A stretch of DNA of 64,000 nt, taken from a virus. Below the pieces are notes generated by a model that was not told the DNA's origin, ran no database searches, and saw nothing but the letters and a program-made list of their open reading frames with translations. The position numbers and the translations under genes are program-made. The stretch lies in IMG/VR virus record IMGVR_UViG_3300034122_002202, positions 1 through 64,000 of that record; one strand, written 5' to 3'. Below are positions 1 through 8,368 of the stretch, one piece after another; position 1 is the first letter of the stretch, and the number at the start of each line of letters is the position of its first letter.

Positions 1-72
1 AAAAGCAGTTTGCTTTGTAACACCTGTTATATAACAGATATGTTCAGCTACTTCTTCTTCCCAAAAATCCAT
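1..72 (-). CDS. 5' part of hypothetical early protein (MDFWEEEVAEH...), runs off window
   Basis: ATG at 72 just downstream of promoter motif 92-119; frame open to window edge. Confidence 0.5.
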   Translation of the reverse strand, partial: MDFWEEEVAEHICYITGVTKQTAF

Positions 73-112
73 CTCATACCTTTCTATATTATTATTCGTT
101 TTAATCTAGAAA

Positions 113-379
113 TTATTCACCCATTCTCCCTAATATTTTTAATTTCCCTCGCTCATCCACACAAACAAAATAGCTAGCCACTATCTTGCCCAACTTAGGA
201 ATGAATGGATTACCAACAGATTGCCAAATGTTAATTCTGTATCTGTTTGAATATACATTTACAACAGATGTTTGAATTACATCTTCAACTCTATCTACTT
301 GTTTGTATAGGGCTTCTAGTATTGCCCCATCACTAACTTTATCTTTTTTAGCTTCTGGTTTGTTTTCTATTGATGTCAT
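113..379 (-). CDS. hypothetical phage protein
   Basis: ORF; start moved to ATG 379 after AGGAG; stop lies inside promoter motif. Confidence 0.75.
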   Translation of the reverse strand: MTSIENKPEAKKDKVSDGAILEALYKQVDRVEDVIQTSVVNVYSNRYRINIWQSVGNPFIPKLGKIVASYFVCVDERGKLKILGRMGE

Positions 380-415
380 ACATATCTCCTTATAAAAAAG
401 TTTCAATCCTTAAAT

Positions 416-676
416 TCATACACCCTCAACTATACTAATGTTAGCTAGAATATATCGCTCGCCCTCATCATCTGTGAGTATGGATACCCTGCGAGATCCC
501 TTGACTGAGCTTTCCCATAGCAGAATAGCCTCGGCAGCAACTTTTGGTCTGTGGCTGAAATCGCCCACTTGGTAAGGTGTTGATTCATCGTCTAGAAGAA
601 TTGGGGATTTTGCATCCTTAAAATCTCCACGCATTGTCGCTACTAACTCTCCATTTGCTAAAATATTGTACTTCAT
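416..676 (-). CDS. hypothetical phage protein
   Basis: ORF with AGGAG-like RBS, coupled to upstream gene. Confidence 0.75.
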   Translation of the reverse strand: MKYNILANGELVATMRGDFKDAKSPILLDDESTPYQVGDFSHRPKVAAEAILLWESSVKGSRRVSILTDDEGERYILANISIVEGV

Positions 677-903
677 TAGTTCCTACTCCTTTCTCGATCA
701 TCTAGTGCGTATAGTTTTTCAAGTAGTTCATTGCGGGAATCATGTTGTTTCCCTGTGGATTCCTGTTCAATCAATAGTTTTAATCCAGTAATTAAAACCT
801 CAATTTCATCAAGATGTAGATATATATTACTAATGTTATTAAACTCTTTTACCACCCATGTTTTGGGATTATTTAGAATTTTGTCAAGATCTTCGGGGGT
901 CAT
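676..903 (-). CDS. small helical hypothetical protein (LxxxE..LxxKL family)
   Basis: ORF with AAGGAG RBS. Confidence 0.75.
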   Translation of the reverse strand: MTPEDLDKILNNPKTWVVKEFNNISNIYLHLDEIEVLITGLKLLIEQESTGKQHDSRNELLEKLYALDDRERSRN

Positions 904-915
904 GATTGTTCTCCT

Positions 916-1158
916 TTAATAAACTTTACTTGCAAATAGATATTCAGATAAGGCTTTAATATAACTGGTTAGTTCTAAAACATTGTCTCGATCATCTTTA
1001 TCTAGAATATCATCTTCATGTATCCGATAGAGGTTCTTATCTGCACCTGTCGCTAACCACTTCTTATAAATCTTCACAGGTTTATACAAAGTGTAAATCG
1101 CAAAGTTATTTTCTGGCGTTCTGCAAACAACCACATCGTTTTCTTTATATTTTGTCAT
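916..1158 (-). CDS. hypothetical protein, possible SH3-like barrel
   Basis: AAGGAG RBS; N-terminus resembles 4813-5127. Confidence 0.75.
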   Translation of the reverse strand: MTKYKENDVVVCRTPENNFAIYTLYKPVKIYKKWLATGADKNLYRIHEDDILDKDDRDNVLELTSYIKALSEYLFASKVY

Positions 1159-1310
1159 TTGATCTCCTTAAGTAATTGTAATTGTTCACGCAACGCTTTT
1201 ACTTCTTTACGCAACTTATCTAGTTCATTCTCATTATGTTTAATGGCAAGATGAGCAAGATCCCATCTGTTTAACTTTACAAGATTCTCAATGTCTTTTT
1301 CATTAATCAT
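1155..1310 (-). CDS. 51-aa coiled-coil hypothetical protein (MINEKDIENL...), not in ORF track
   Basis: AAGGA RBS, ATGA overlap with next gene, follows promoter 1385-1412. Confidence 0.65.
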   Translation of the reverse strand: MINEKDIENLVKLNRWDLAHLAIKHNENELDKLRKEVKALREQLQLLKEIK

Positions 1311-1417
1311 TTTCTTTCCTTGTTGTAGTGTGCTTGTGATATAAACCTAAAGCTTATCCATATCTCTGCCAGCCTTATATATACTTATTCGTGTAGAACA
1401 CAAATTTATTCAAATAT

Positions 1418-1490
1418 TGGGGGCAGATGGGAACGATCCATCAACCTAATCTTTATGAGAGATTTGCTCTAGCCATTGAGCTATGCCCCC
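1418..1490 (-). tRNA. tRNA, anticodon CAT (elongator Met or Ile2), CCA not encoded
   Basis: Cloverleaf: GGGGGCA/TGCCCCC acceptor, GCTC/GAGC D stem, AATCT-CTCATAA-AGATT anticodon arm, GATGG-ATCGTTC-CCATC T arm. Confidence 0.85.
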
Positions 1491-1501
1491 TGTTTATATA
1501 A

Positions 1502-1723
1502 CTACACTCCCAAAACTTGCTTTTTACTAAAGTTATTTTGCGGGTTATCAATTGCTTGATCTTGTATCATATTTATTAGCTTAACTGTAGAATCTATTGA
1601 TTCTCTTTCTTCTGTAGATAGATGTGACCCAAGGTCAATCCTAAGAGCAAGACTTAAAATCTTAGCTTTAATATCTTGCAACTTGTTAAAGTCCAAGTCT
1701 AAAATCATTTTTACTTTTGGCAT
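1502..1723 (-). CDS. hypothetical phage protein
   Basis: ORF with AAGGAG RBS. Confidence 0.7.
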   Translation of the reverse strand: MPKVKMILDLDFNKLQDIKAKILSLALRIDLGSHLSTEERESIDSTVKLINMIQDQAIDNPQNNFSKKQVLGV

Positions 1724-1941
1724 TTAATACTCCTTACATCGTAAAGTTTTTCAATATCTTTTCTATTCAAAGGCAAAGTTACTGGTTCGCAAAGAGCATA
1801 TACCCAGTTCCTTTCCCATCGCTCCAAGTGAATATTTGATACGCTAATACATCTCAAAGTATTCTTTTCATTATCTATGATGATCTCACCTTCATATGGA
1901 TAGCCATCGCCAAGATTAGATATCTTATGTGTGTAATCCAT
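1711..1941 (-). CDS. hypothetical phage protein
   Basis: ORF in tightly packed operon. Confidence 0.7.
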   Translation of the reverse strand: MDYTHKISNLGDGYPYEGEIIIDNEKNTLRCISVSNIHLERWERNWVYALCEPVTLPLNRKDIEKLYDVRSIKCQK

Positions 1942-1942
1942 T

Positions 1943-2224
1943 TTATAATCCCTCTACACTACAAAAGTGCCACGACCAACCGAAACCCTTTTCGATATAG
2001 CATTGGTGTTTCCTAGCTATCTTAATGATCGCATCCTTTTCTTTTCGCCCATGCTGACCATTTAGGGCGTAATAAAGCTCACCTTCTGCGACAAATACCA
2101 CTTCACCGAAATGACATTGACTTTCTTTCTTTTGCCATTCCTCTGCGGTATATACAGCAGTATCACAGTACTTAGATACAAACTTCTTTACATCTGCCAA
2201 TAATTTATCTCTAGTTTTAATCAT
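1943..2224 (-). CDS. hypothetical phage protein
   Basis: Start moved to ATG 2224 after AAGGAG. Confidence 0.75.
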   Translation of the reverse strand: MIKTRDKLLADVKKFVSKYCDTAVYTAEEWQKKESQCHFGEVVFVAEGELYYALNGQHGRKEKDAIIKIARKHQCYIEKGFGWSWHFCSVEGL

Positions 2225-2234
2225 GTTATTCTCC

Positions 2235-2513
2235 TTAAATGTAGTGGTCTTGTTCATGTTGATTCATTATTCTTGGTTCTCTCTCTTTGGTGTTTATACT
2301 GTGTATTTTCAGTACAGCTTCACCTTTTTTTCTTGGCAAAACTTTAATGGTAAAGACTTCACCATTAGCATTGAGATCGTCTGCCATCTTGCGAGCCTTA
2401 TTTATGCACTCATCAAGAGTGCCTGTCCATGATGGAGTTTGTAACCATTTGCCATCCATCCAGCCATACTTACTAATCCTTGTAATTTTGTGAGTCCATC
2501 GTCTGCGATCCAT
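2235..2513 (-). CDS. hypothetical phage protein
   Basis: Start moved to ATG 2513 after AAGGAG. Confidence 0.7.
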   Translation of the reverse strand: MDRRRWTHKITRISKYGWMDGKWLQTPSWTGTLDECINKARKMADDLNANGEVFTIKVLPRKKGEAVLKIHSINTKEREPRIMNQHEQDHYI

Positions 2514-2523
2514 GTTATTCTCC

Positions 2524-2886
2524 TTATAAAGTTGGGAAATCAAGCCCATTTTCTTCATCTGTCTGTCCATCTTCACCAATTTCGTTTGCATACTTCCAGA
2601 TTGAATCTGCTTGTTCTTCAATCTCATCTATTGCTTTTTGAATAGTTTCTTCTGAGAAGTCTTTGTCATACTTAAGTTCAAAGACATCAGTTCCTTCGTC
2701 TGAACCTTCTACGATAGAACCAAGTTTAATGCCCCAGTCCTTAAATTCGATCCAAGCACCACAGTTTGTGTACTTGTACAAATTTCTTTCGCATTGTTTT
2801 TCATTTTCAGCAGAAAAGAATTTTAATACTGTTTTAAAACCATCTTCATACTGTTCGCTATATTCTTGTTCATGTTCTTCTATCAT
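2524..2886 (-). CDS. acidic hypothetical phage protein
   Basis: AAGGAG RBS, follows promoter 2958-2985. Confidence 0.8.
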   Translation of the reverse strand: MIEEHEQEYSEQYEDGFKTVLKFFSAENEKQCERNLYKYTNCGAWIEFKDWGIKLGSIVEGSDEGTDVFELKYDKDFSEETIQKAIDEIEEQADSIWKYANEIGEDGQTDEENGLDFPTL

Positions 2887-2992
2887 TTGACTCTCCTTGT
2901 ATATTTAACATTCTGTTTTAAATCTGCACACCAAAAAAATTCCATCCCCATACTTACTTATTCGTTTCATCTGCCAAATTATTCAATCAAAT

Positions 2993-3262
2993 TTAAAAAT
3001 ACATACTTATAATGTATGAAACATGATTTTCTATATTTCCAAATGTTTTCTTTAATATCTCTTTGGTCATATCTGTACCGTTTTCCCAAACATCTTCTGT
3101 ATCTTTTACTTCTTTGAGAAATAAAGCTGCATCATCCCCTTGTAGATATACATTTGTTGTATTGTCAACTCTTTTTGATGCCTTAGAGTATAACCATAGG
3201 GTTACTGCATTAGCACTATTAGGCCAGACAGTATAGATATAAGACTTTTGTTCTTTTTTCAT
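2993..3262 (-). CDS. hypothetical phage protein
   Basis: AAGGAG RBS. Confidence 0.75.
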   Translation of the reverse strand: MKKEQKSYIYTVWPNSANAVTLWLYSKASKRVDNTTNVYLQGDDAALFLKEVKDTEDVWENGTDMTKEILKKTFGNIENHVSYIISMYF

Positions 3263-3263
3263 G

Positions 3264-3428
3264 CTATCTCCTTATGTTTAATAATATTTCTGAAATCTCA
3301 GAGTATTGTATTTCATTCAAAATTTCGGTTTCATCTGGATATAAGCACTCATTAAGCTCGTCATAGTTAGCCAAGCAATAACTAAGGACTACCCTTATAA
3401 TTTCACGCTGTCTATCGGTTAAGTTCAT
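3264..3428 (-). CDS. 54-aa hypothetical protein (MNLTDRQREII...), not in ORF track
   Basis: AAGGAG RBS; fills the gap between neighbours. Confidence 0.65.
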   Translation of the reverse strand: MNLTDRQREIIRVVLSYCLANYDELNECLYPDETEILNEIQYSEISEILLNIRR

Positions 3429-3472
3429 TGCTAACTCCTTTGCTACTGGTAAGACAAAACAGGGGTTTAAGT

Positions 3473-3658
3473 TTAATCATTTGCCACCAGCCTTTCTAAA
3501 AGTTTATTTATTTCTGCAACATCATACTTATCTGCTACAAACTCTGTTTCTTCGTCATCTTCAAGTGCATCTAAAAAGTAATTTGTGGCTTCAAGCAATA
3601 TTTTTAATTGCCATATTGATAATGATACTGGTACTGTTTTATTCTGATTGTCTGCCAT
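3473..3658 (-). CDS. small helical hypothetical protein
   Basis: AAGGAG RBS, follows promoter 3735-3762. Confidence 0.75.
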   Translation of the reverse strand: MADNQNKTVPVSLSIWQLKILLEATNYFLDALEDDEETEFVADKYDVAEINKLLERLVAND

Positions 3659-3759
3659 GTTACTCTCCTTGTTAGTCCAGCATCGTTAACTAAGGAACGC
3701 CCTTAGTTCACGCAAAGCCGTTTCCCTTAACTTAGTATTCGTTTCACACTTCAAATTAT

Positions 3760-4062
3760 TCAATAATTATTTCCAAAAACTTTATCTTTAATTGTATACA
3801 TACTGTAGTAAAGTTCATTGTTTGGTGCTGCTAAATTCAAATGTGTAGCACCAGTCTTAAAACTCCGTATGTGCTTATCATCAACAGGGTTATGTCCATC
3901 TACATAGATATATAGATCGGCACAATTAATAACGCCATGCTCATTCATTCTGCCTCTAAGTATATGTAGATATACTTTATCTATGTCTCTATAAGCATAA
4001 CCTTTGCCCACTTCTTGTCTTTTGATTCTCCATTGATTGCCCACCTGTTTAATTTCGATCAT
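3760..4062 (-). CDS. hypothetical phage protein
   Basis: AGGAGG RBS; TGA stop inside promoter motif. Confidence 0.75.
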   Translation of the reverse strand: MIEIKQVGNQWRIKRQEVGKGYAYRDIDKVYLHILRGRMNEHGVINCADLYIYVDGHNPVDDKHIRSFKTGATHLNLAAPNNELYYSMYTIKDKVFGNNY

Positions 4063-4261
4063 CGTATGTTCCTCCTTTCTCTGGATATCGCTCTGTTAAT
4101 TTAACCCCAATTACTCTGGCTATTTCTTCCAATACTTCAACCATATGACCAAACCCTTCTCTGCCAGAATCAGTCGAGCAATCCCACATTTTGTATTGCC
4201 CTTCTCTGCATGAATCATGTAGGTTTTGCAATAAGCTTTTAACTGTGTATATATTGTTCAT
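4049..4261 (-). CDS. hypothetical protein, paralogue of 4424-4672
   Basis: Shared LHDSC.E..Y..W...EGF..MV..L.EI motif. Confidence 0.75.
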   Translation of the reverse strand: MNNIYTVKSLLQNLHDSCREGQYKMWDCSTDSGREGFGHMVEVLEEIARVIGVKLTERYPEKGGTYDDRN

Positions 4262-4431
4262 TAGATTTCATCCTCAAGAGTGCTTAATCTTTCATAAAGC
4301 TTTTTTAATTCTTTTTTGTACGAAGAATCTAAATTTTTGTTGGTAACCGCCCAAAGTTCATAGCTTAAGCTATTAGTTATCATGGATATCTCATTTGGTG
4401 TTAGCTGTACACTTACAATTGAATCATTCAT
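4261..4431 (-). CDS. 56-aa helical hypothetical protein (MNDSIVSVQLTPNE...), not in ORF track
   Basis: AAGGAG RBS; TAATG coupling to next gene. Confidence 0.7.
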   Translation of the reverse strand: MNDSIVSVQLTPNEISMITNSLSYELWAVTNKNLDSSYKKELKKLYERLSTLEDEI

Positions 4432-4672
4432 TTGTTTCTACTCCTTCGCATTTGGAAAACGCAAATTCTTGTTCAAGTGCTTTAATTCTCAAGTTTAACA
4501 TATACATATGGATATATGTTTTTCCAAGTAATGTGACTATCTCTTGCAAATTTTTAACCATAGCAGAAAAGCCTTCTTTAGATGGTTCCCAAGATTCATA
4601 CTTGACCTCTGTGCATGAATCGTGCAAAGTCTGAATCATACCTTTAAGTTTTTCTTTAAATTGATCGTTCAT
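4424..4672 (-). CDS. hypothetical protein, paralogue of 4049-4261
   Basis: AAGGAG RBS; shared motif. Confidence 0.75.
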   Translation of the reverse strand: MNDQFKEKLKGMIQTLHDSCTEVKYESWEPSKEGFSAMVKNLQEIVTLLGKTYIHMYMLNLRIKALEQEFAFSKCEGVETNE

Positions 4673-4832
4673 GATTATTCTCCTTGTTAAATTTTGCTCT
4701 TAGTTCACTCAATGTTAAGGTTAGTTCTCTATTTTCTTGCCGAAAGATAAAAACGCCAAGCCCTCTTGCATCTAGCCTATAGCCAATTGATTCCATGTAC
4801 TGCAAGCACTCGTTAAGTGTTATGACTTTCAT
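4656..4832 (-). CDS. hypothetical phage protein
   Basis: Start moved to ATG 4832 after AAGGAG. Confidence 0.7.
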   Translation of the reverse strand: MKVITLNECLQYMESIGYRLDARGLGVFIFRQENRELTLTLSELRAKFNKENNHERSI

Positions 4833-5127
4833 GTTTGCTCTCCTTGTAATTTTGAACTTTGTAGTAATTTTCATTTACATAAGGAAGATCATCCTCTGTA
4901 TCAATCAACATTACGCAATCTGAAAATGGATTATATGCGTAGTCACCACACTTTATTTTTCCATAGTTTATCTTAAAGATATTCTTTTGATCAAGGACTG
5001 TGAGCAATCCTTTATAATTCTCTGCTGTCCACTTATCGTTGCCTAATTTTTCTTTAAGGGTAAACTTTTCCGCTATGCTGTCATTATCAACACGAACAAC
5101 ATCAACGCCACTTGCAAACTTACTCAT
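4813..5127 (-). CDS. hypothetical protein, possible SH3-like barrel
   Basis: AGGAG RBS; similar to 916-1158. Confidence 0.75.
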   Translation of the reverse strand: MSKFASGVDVVRVDNDSIAEKFTLKEKLGNDKWTAENYKGLLTVLDQKNIFKINYGKIKCGDYAYNPFSDCVMLIDTEDDLPYVNENYYKVQNYKESKHESHNT

Positions 5128-5129
5128 GT

Positions 5130-5492
5130 TTATTCTCCTATGTAATCCATATCTAATAATTTCATAACGCCATAAGTATGAACATTCTCTTCGCCACCAT
5201 CGTGGACAAACTCAATTTTTACTCTTACATATATGCCACCATTTTTATGAATAAGCTTTCGCCCACTTATATAGATATTGGTAGCTATTTCTGTAGTACC
5301 GAATGTGTAGCCAGTTGGCAGATAGAAGTCTGCTTTATCCCAGTCACTAGACTTCAAGCACTCTCCGAATTTCCAACCATCAGCGTGAACATAATAGCCA
5401 ACCTTGGCTTCAACCTTCCATCCATTGATCACTTTAAACTTCGGACAATCCTTTGGATTAAGTGCAATGCTCATTCTTTTTTTCATTTCCAT
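5130..5492 (-). CDS. hypothetical phage protein
   Basis: Follows promoter 5524-5551; AAGGAG near start. Confidence 0.75.
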   Translation of the reverse strand: MEMKKRMSIALNPKDCPKFKVINGWKVEAKVGYYVHADGWKFGECLKSSDWDKADFYLPTGYTFGTTEIATNIYISGRKLIHKNGGIYVRVKIEFVHDGGEENVHTYGVMKLLDMDYIGE

Positions 5493-5544
5493 CTCCTTGG
5501 TTAAGTTTAATCTCCATACTTAGTTATTCGTACAAACTCAATTT

Positions 5545-5769
5545 TTATTCAACTTTTTTTTCTTGAATATTTCCTAAATTTTCAATGTCAAAAGTTGGGT
5601 TAGGCAAGAACCTAAATTGCCCACTCCTAAAGTGACGAAGCTTTCCATCTACTTCAGAGACTATGGCGAATACATCATTTGAAAATGCCCCGCCATCTCG
5701 AACATATACAAGCAATCCATACCCAAGATTTGTTTCTACTGGCATTGGATTTCTAAATTCGTACAACAT
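5545..5769 (-). CDS. hypothetical phage protein
   Basis: AAGGAG RBS; stop inside promoter motif. Confidence 0.8.
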   Translation of the reverse strand: MLYEFRNPMPVETNLGYGLLVYVRDGGAFSNDVFAIVSEVDGKLRHFRSGQFRFLPNPTFDIENLGNIQEKKVE

Positions 5770-5782
5770 TTAATCTCCTTAG

Positions 5783-6208
5783 TTATGGAATATATTTTTG
5801 CATGATTGCATATTTACAATTATAGAACTTTCCATCATGTACATAAACTCGATCACTATAGTGCCAGTTCTTAAGGTCTTTTGAATCTGTATCGTTTAAG
5901 AAAGGAATATGCGGGAATGATCTTTTAATAATTGCAATCTTATTATCTTCCTTCTCGTTCCTGCCTTGCACATATACAAATATGCTTTTGCAAGTAATTA
6001 CATATTGATATGAGTATGTGTAAGGATAATTCGGAACTATTGGATCAAGTGTCTTAACTTCTTTACATGATTCAATACCTACAAGCTTAATGTAGACATC
6101 TTCCATATCTACCCAATCCGTTCTTGTTAGTCCATCCTTTTTCAAGGTTGTAATCTTATATCTATATGTGTTACTTATACCGCTATATTCTTTTGTGAAT
6201 GTAATCAT
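5783..6208 (-). CDS. hypothetical phage protein
   Basis: AAGGAG RBS. Confidence 0.75.
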   Translation of the reverse strand: MITFTKEYSGISNTYRYKITTLKKDGLTRTDWVDMEDVYIKLVGIESCKEVKTLDPIVPNYPYTYSYQYVITCKSIFVYVQGRNEKEDNKIAIIKRSFPHIPFLNDTDSKDLKNWHYSDRVYVHDGKFYNCKYAIMQKYIP

Positions 6209-6220
6209 GTTTGATTCTCC

Positions 6221-6688
6221 TTAAATACAAATTGGTTCAATTGAAGACTTACAGCTAATAGAAGACGATGTATAGAACAGTTCTTTGCCAGAAGAGAAGA
6301 TATTTAAGTTCTCAGCTTTGTCCATGTTTGTACCATCATGACCAGCCCAGTTCGGGGTTACTCTAGGATTGTATGACAACTTCATGTGTGTTTTTGCCAC
6401 AACTTTATTTATATGGTTAATGTTTGCTCTTCCACCAGCAGTATCATTTCTGTAGATAACTAGGTTCTCACACTCTACCCATGCACACACAGTCTTATTT
6501 GCCCCGCATTTGATCTTTGTAGCTGTAGCCACATGATTGACCAACTTGGCATTAATCATCTGTATACACACAGTAGAAGGGTCGCAATAGAATGGCTTGC
6601 CACTTGGCTTCTTTGGTGAAGCATCACCAGTAATCTGCCACTTCATGTAGTTCTCGCCCTTAGAAAGATGAAATCTTACCTTATACAT
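6221..6688 (-). CDS. hypothetical phage protein
   Basis: AAGGAGG RBS, 155 aa. Confidence 0.8.
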   Translation of the reverse strand: MYKVRFHLSKGENYMKWQITGDASPKKPSGKPFYCDPSTVCIQMINAKLVNHVATATKIKCGANKTVCAWVECENLVIYRNDTAGGRANINHINKVVAKTHMKLSYNPRVTPNWAGHDGTNMDKAENLNIFSSGKELFYTSSSISCKSSIEPICI

Positions 6689-6698
6689 ATCGACCTCC

Positions 6699-7019
6699 TT
6701 ATTTAATCAGACTTGAATCAACTAATGGATAACAATATTCGCCCAAATGAGCATCTAAAACATCAGTAAAACCACCATGTGTAACTCTATAGATATTCTC
6801 ATAGCCAGCATAGCTAATGAAATTAACAGGTCTGTCTTTAAACGCCCTCTTTAATGCTGCTACTGTTTTGTTATATGTTCTTGGCTTGCATTCATCACCC
6901 TTAAGATTCCATGATGGTTTCCACCAATATTCAATCTGGTAGACAAGTTCTTGCTTGCCCTCAATGTTTAACTCTAGGTAGTTTCTAATCCCACTAAGTT
7001 TGTATACATAAGCACCCAT
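6699..7019 (-). CDS. hypothetical phage protein
   Basis: Start moved to ATG 7019 after AAGGAG; follows promoter 7064-7091. Confidence 0.75.
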   Translation of the reverse strand: MGAYVYKLSGIRNYLELNIEGKQELVYQIEYWWKPSWNLKGDECKPRTYNKTVAALKRAFKDRPVNFISYAGYENIYRVTHGGFTDVLDAHLGEYCYPLVDSSLIK

Positions 7020-7120
7020 ATCAATCTCCTTTTGTTGTAGTTGTCTTTCCTTGCCATACTGTATTATTCGTACCAAAACCAATTTTATTCAATTTATTTT
7101 AAATATTTTTTCATACTGTG

Positions 7121-7333
7121 CTACGGTTTAATTGCACCAAATGCGTTTTCTACCCCCTCAAAGCTAAACTCTACTGTTTTATGCCCATTTAATGACATTA
7201 TTTTCACTCCATTTTTAGTGACTATGACCAAAGAACTACCCTTGATCTTCCACACCCACACTTCCTCATTAGGCAAATTAGGGTTGTTAACAGACACTAA
7301 AAAGTTGTTAGGTACTAAACTTGTTTCTTGCAT
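7121..7333 (-). CDS. hypothetical phage protein
   Basis: ATG 7333 after GGGGG; protein-like composition. Confidence 0.6.
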   Translation of the reverse strand: MQETSLVPNNFLVSVNNPNLPNEEVWVWKIKGSSLVIVTKNGVKIMSLNGHKTVEFSFEGVENAFGAIKP

Positions 7334-7543
7334 TTTTCCCCCATATTTATGCACTTTTTGACTGTTTATAATAACCAAAATTATTAATATTATCCTTACT
7401 AATATACATAGGGCAGAGAGGCTTTTTTACTATAGCGTATTAGGTGAACTAACATGGTATAAGAAAGTGGCTTCCACGCAACAAGATGTATAGTTTTGTA
7501 TACTTTGACATAAGTCCTTTGATACCATATGTTTACGGCTGAA

Positions 7544-7714
7544 TTAATCCCTCCAGAGGCATAATCTAACGAGGTTTTTGTCTTCTGGAGACACGCCAGC
7601 ATCGTGGAGAATCTTCTTGAGTCGAAGGATTTCTGTGGCTAAGACACCGATATCTAGCTCATTAATCGGGTGTTTTTTCTCTAGTTTTTGTTGATACTTT
7701 ATCGATAGTCTCAT
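7544..7714 (-). CDS. 56-aa hypothetical protein (MRLSIKYQQK...), not in ORF track
   Basis: AGGAG RBS 8 nt upstream of ATG. Confidence 0.65.
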   Translation of the reverse strand: MRLSIKYQQKLEKKHPINELDIGVLATEILRLKKILHDAGVSPEDKNLVRLCLWRD

Positions 7715-7880
7715 TTTCTATACTCCTAATAGGTAAAAAGCTCATATTCCTGCGGAAAAACACACATTTTGTGTCCATAGTGACCACCAAGGTCAAGAAG
7801 GGTTAAAAAAGGCTTAAAAAGGTGCGAATTTGTGACGATTTGCCACTCAAAAACACCATAAAGCTTATTTTTTGTCCAAA

Positions 7881-7910
7881 TGTATAGTTTTGTATAGTTT
7901 TGTATACTTT
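7881..7910. repeat. 10-bp tandem repeat TGTATA(G/C)TTT x3; two more units at 7487-7507
   Basis: Read directly. Confidence 0.8.
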
Positions 7911-8045
7911 TGAAACTTCTTTCCTTCCATACCTCATTATTCGTAATAGGTTCATATTTATTCAAATAAAAATTAAAAATATTCGTTTGAATAAAAATCG
8001 ATTTTTCACGAATACTATAATAGAAGCGTGAGGGTGACCGCCACA

Positions 8046-8091
8046 AACCCGCCTAGATGCAAGTGCTGATAGGGATCGGGGATGCGGTACG
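8046..8091 (+). ncRNA. candidate structured element A1 (hairpin + GGATNGGGGATGCGG)
   Basis: Downstream of the only plus-facing promoter (7988-8015); inverted homologue of 10704-10755; no ORF. Confidence 0.45.
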
Positions 8092-8113
8092 ACCACAAAA
8101 AAAAAGATTTTTA

Positions 8114-8160
8114 GAGCCATACCTTGGCGAACCCGCTTAATGTCGCTAAGACAAAGCAGG
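8114..8160 (-). ncRNA. candidate structured element B1 (hairpin + AAGGTATGG)
   Basis: Downstream of promoter 8201-8228; homologous to B2-B6. Confidence 0.4.
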
Positions 8161-8368
8161 AAGATCATTTCTCAAGTCGAATCGTATTGGCTATACTTTA
8201 TTATTCGTATTAGAACGAAAAATATTCAAAAGAAAAAAGAAAAAAACGCAGAGTGGAGTTAAGGGATCTCCACCCTGCCTGAGTCCTGCCAGCGAGAGGT
8301 TTGCACCAGCAGGATTGTATTAATAAGGGGATAAGCTGCCCAGTTCTTACCCCCCCATCCAAACCATC

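Noticed and set aside
7726-8168. ORFs 7726-8046 and 7962-8168
   Set aside because: They run through promoter boxes and hairpin elements and lack an RBS; the same applies to the plus-strand ORFs in the left arm.
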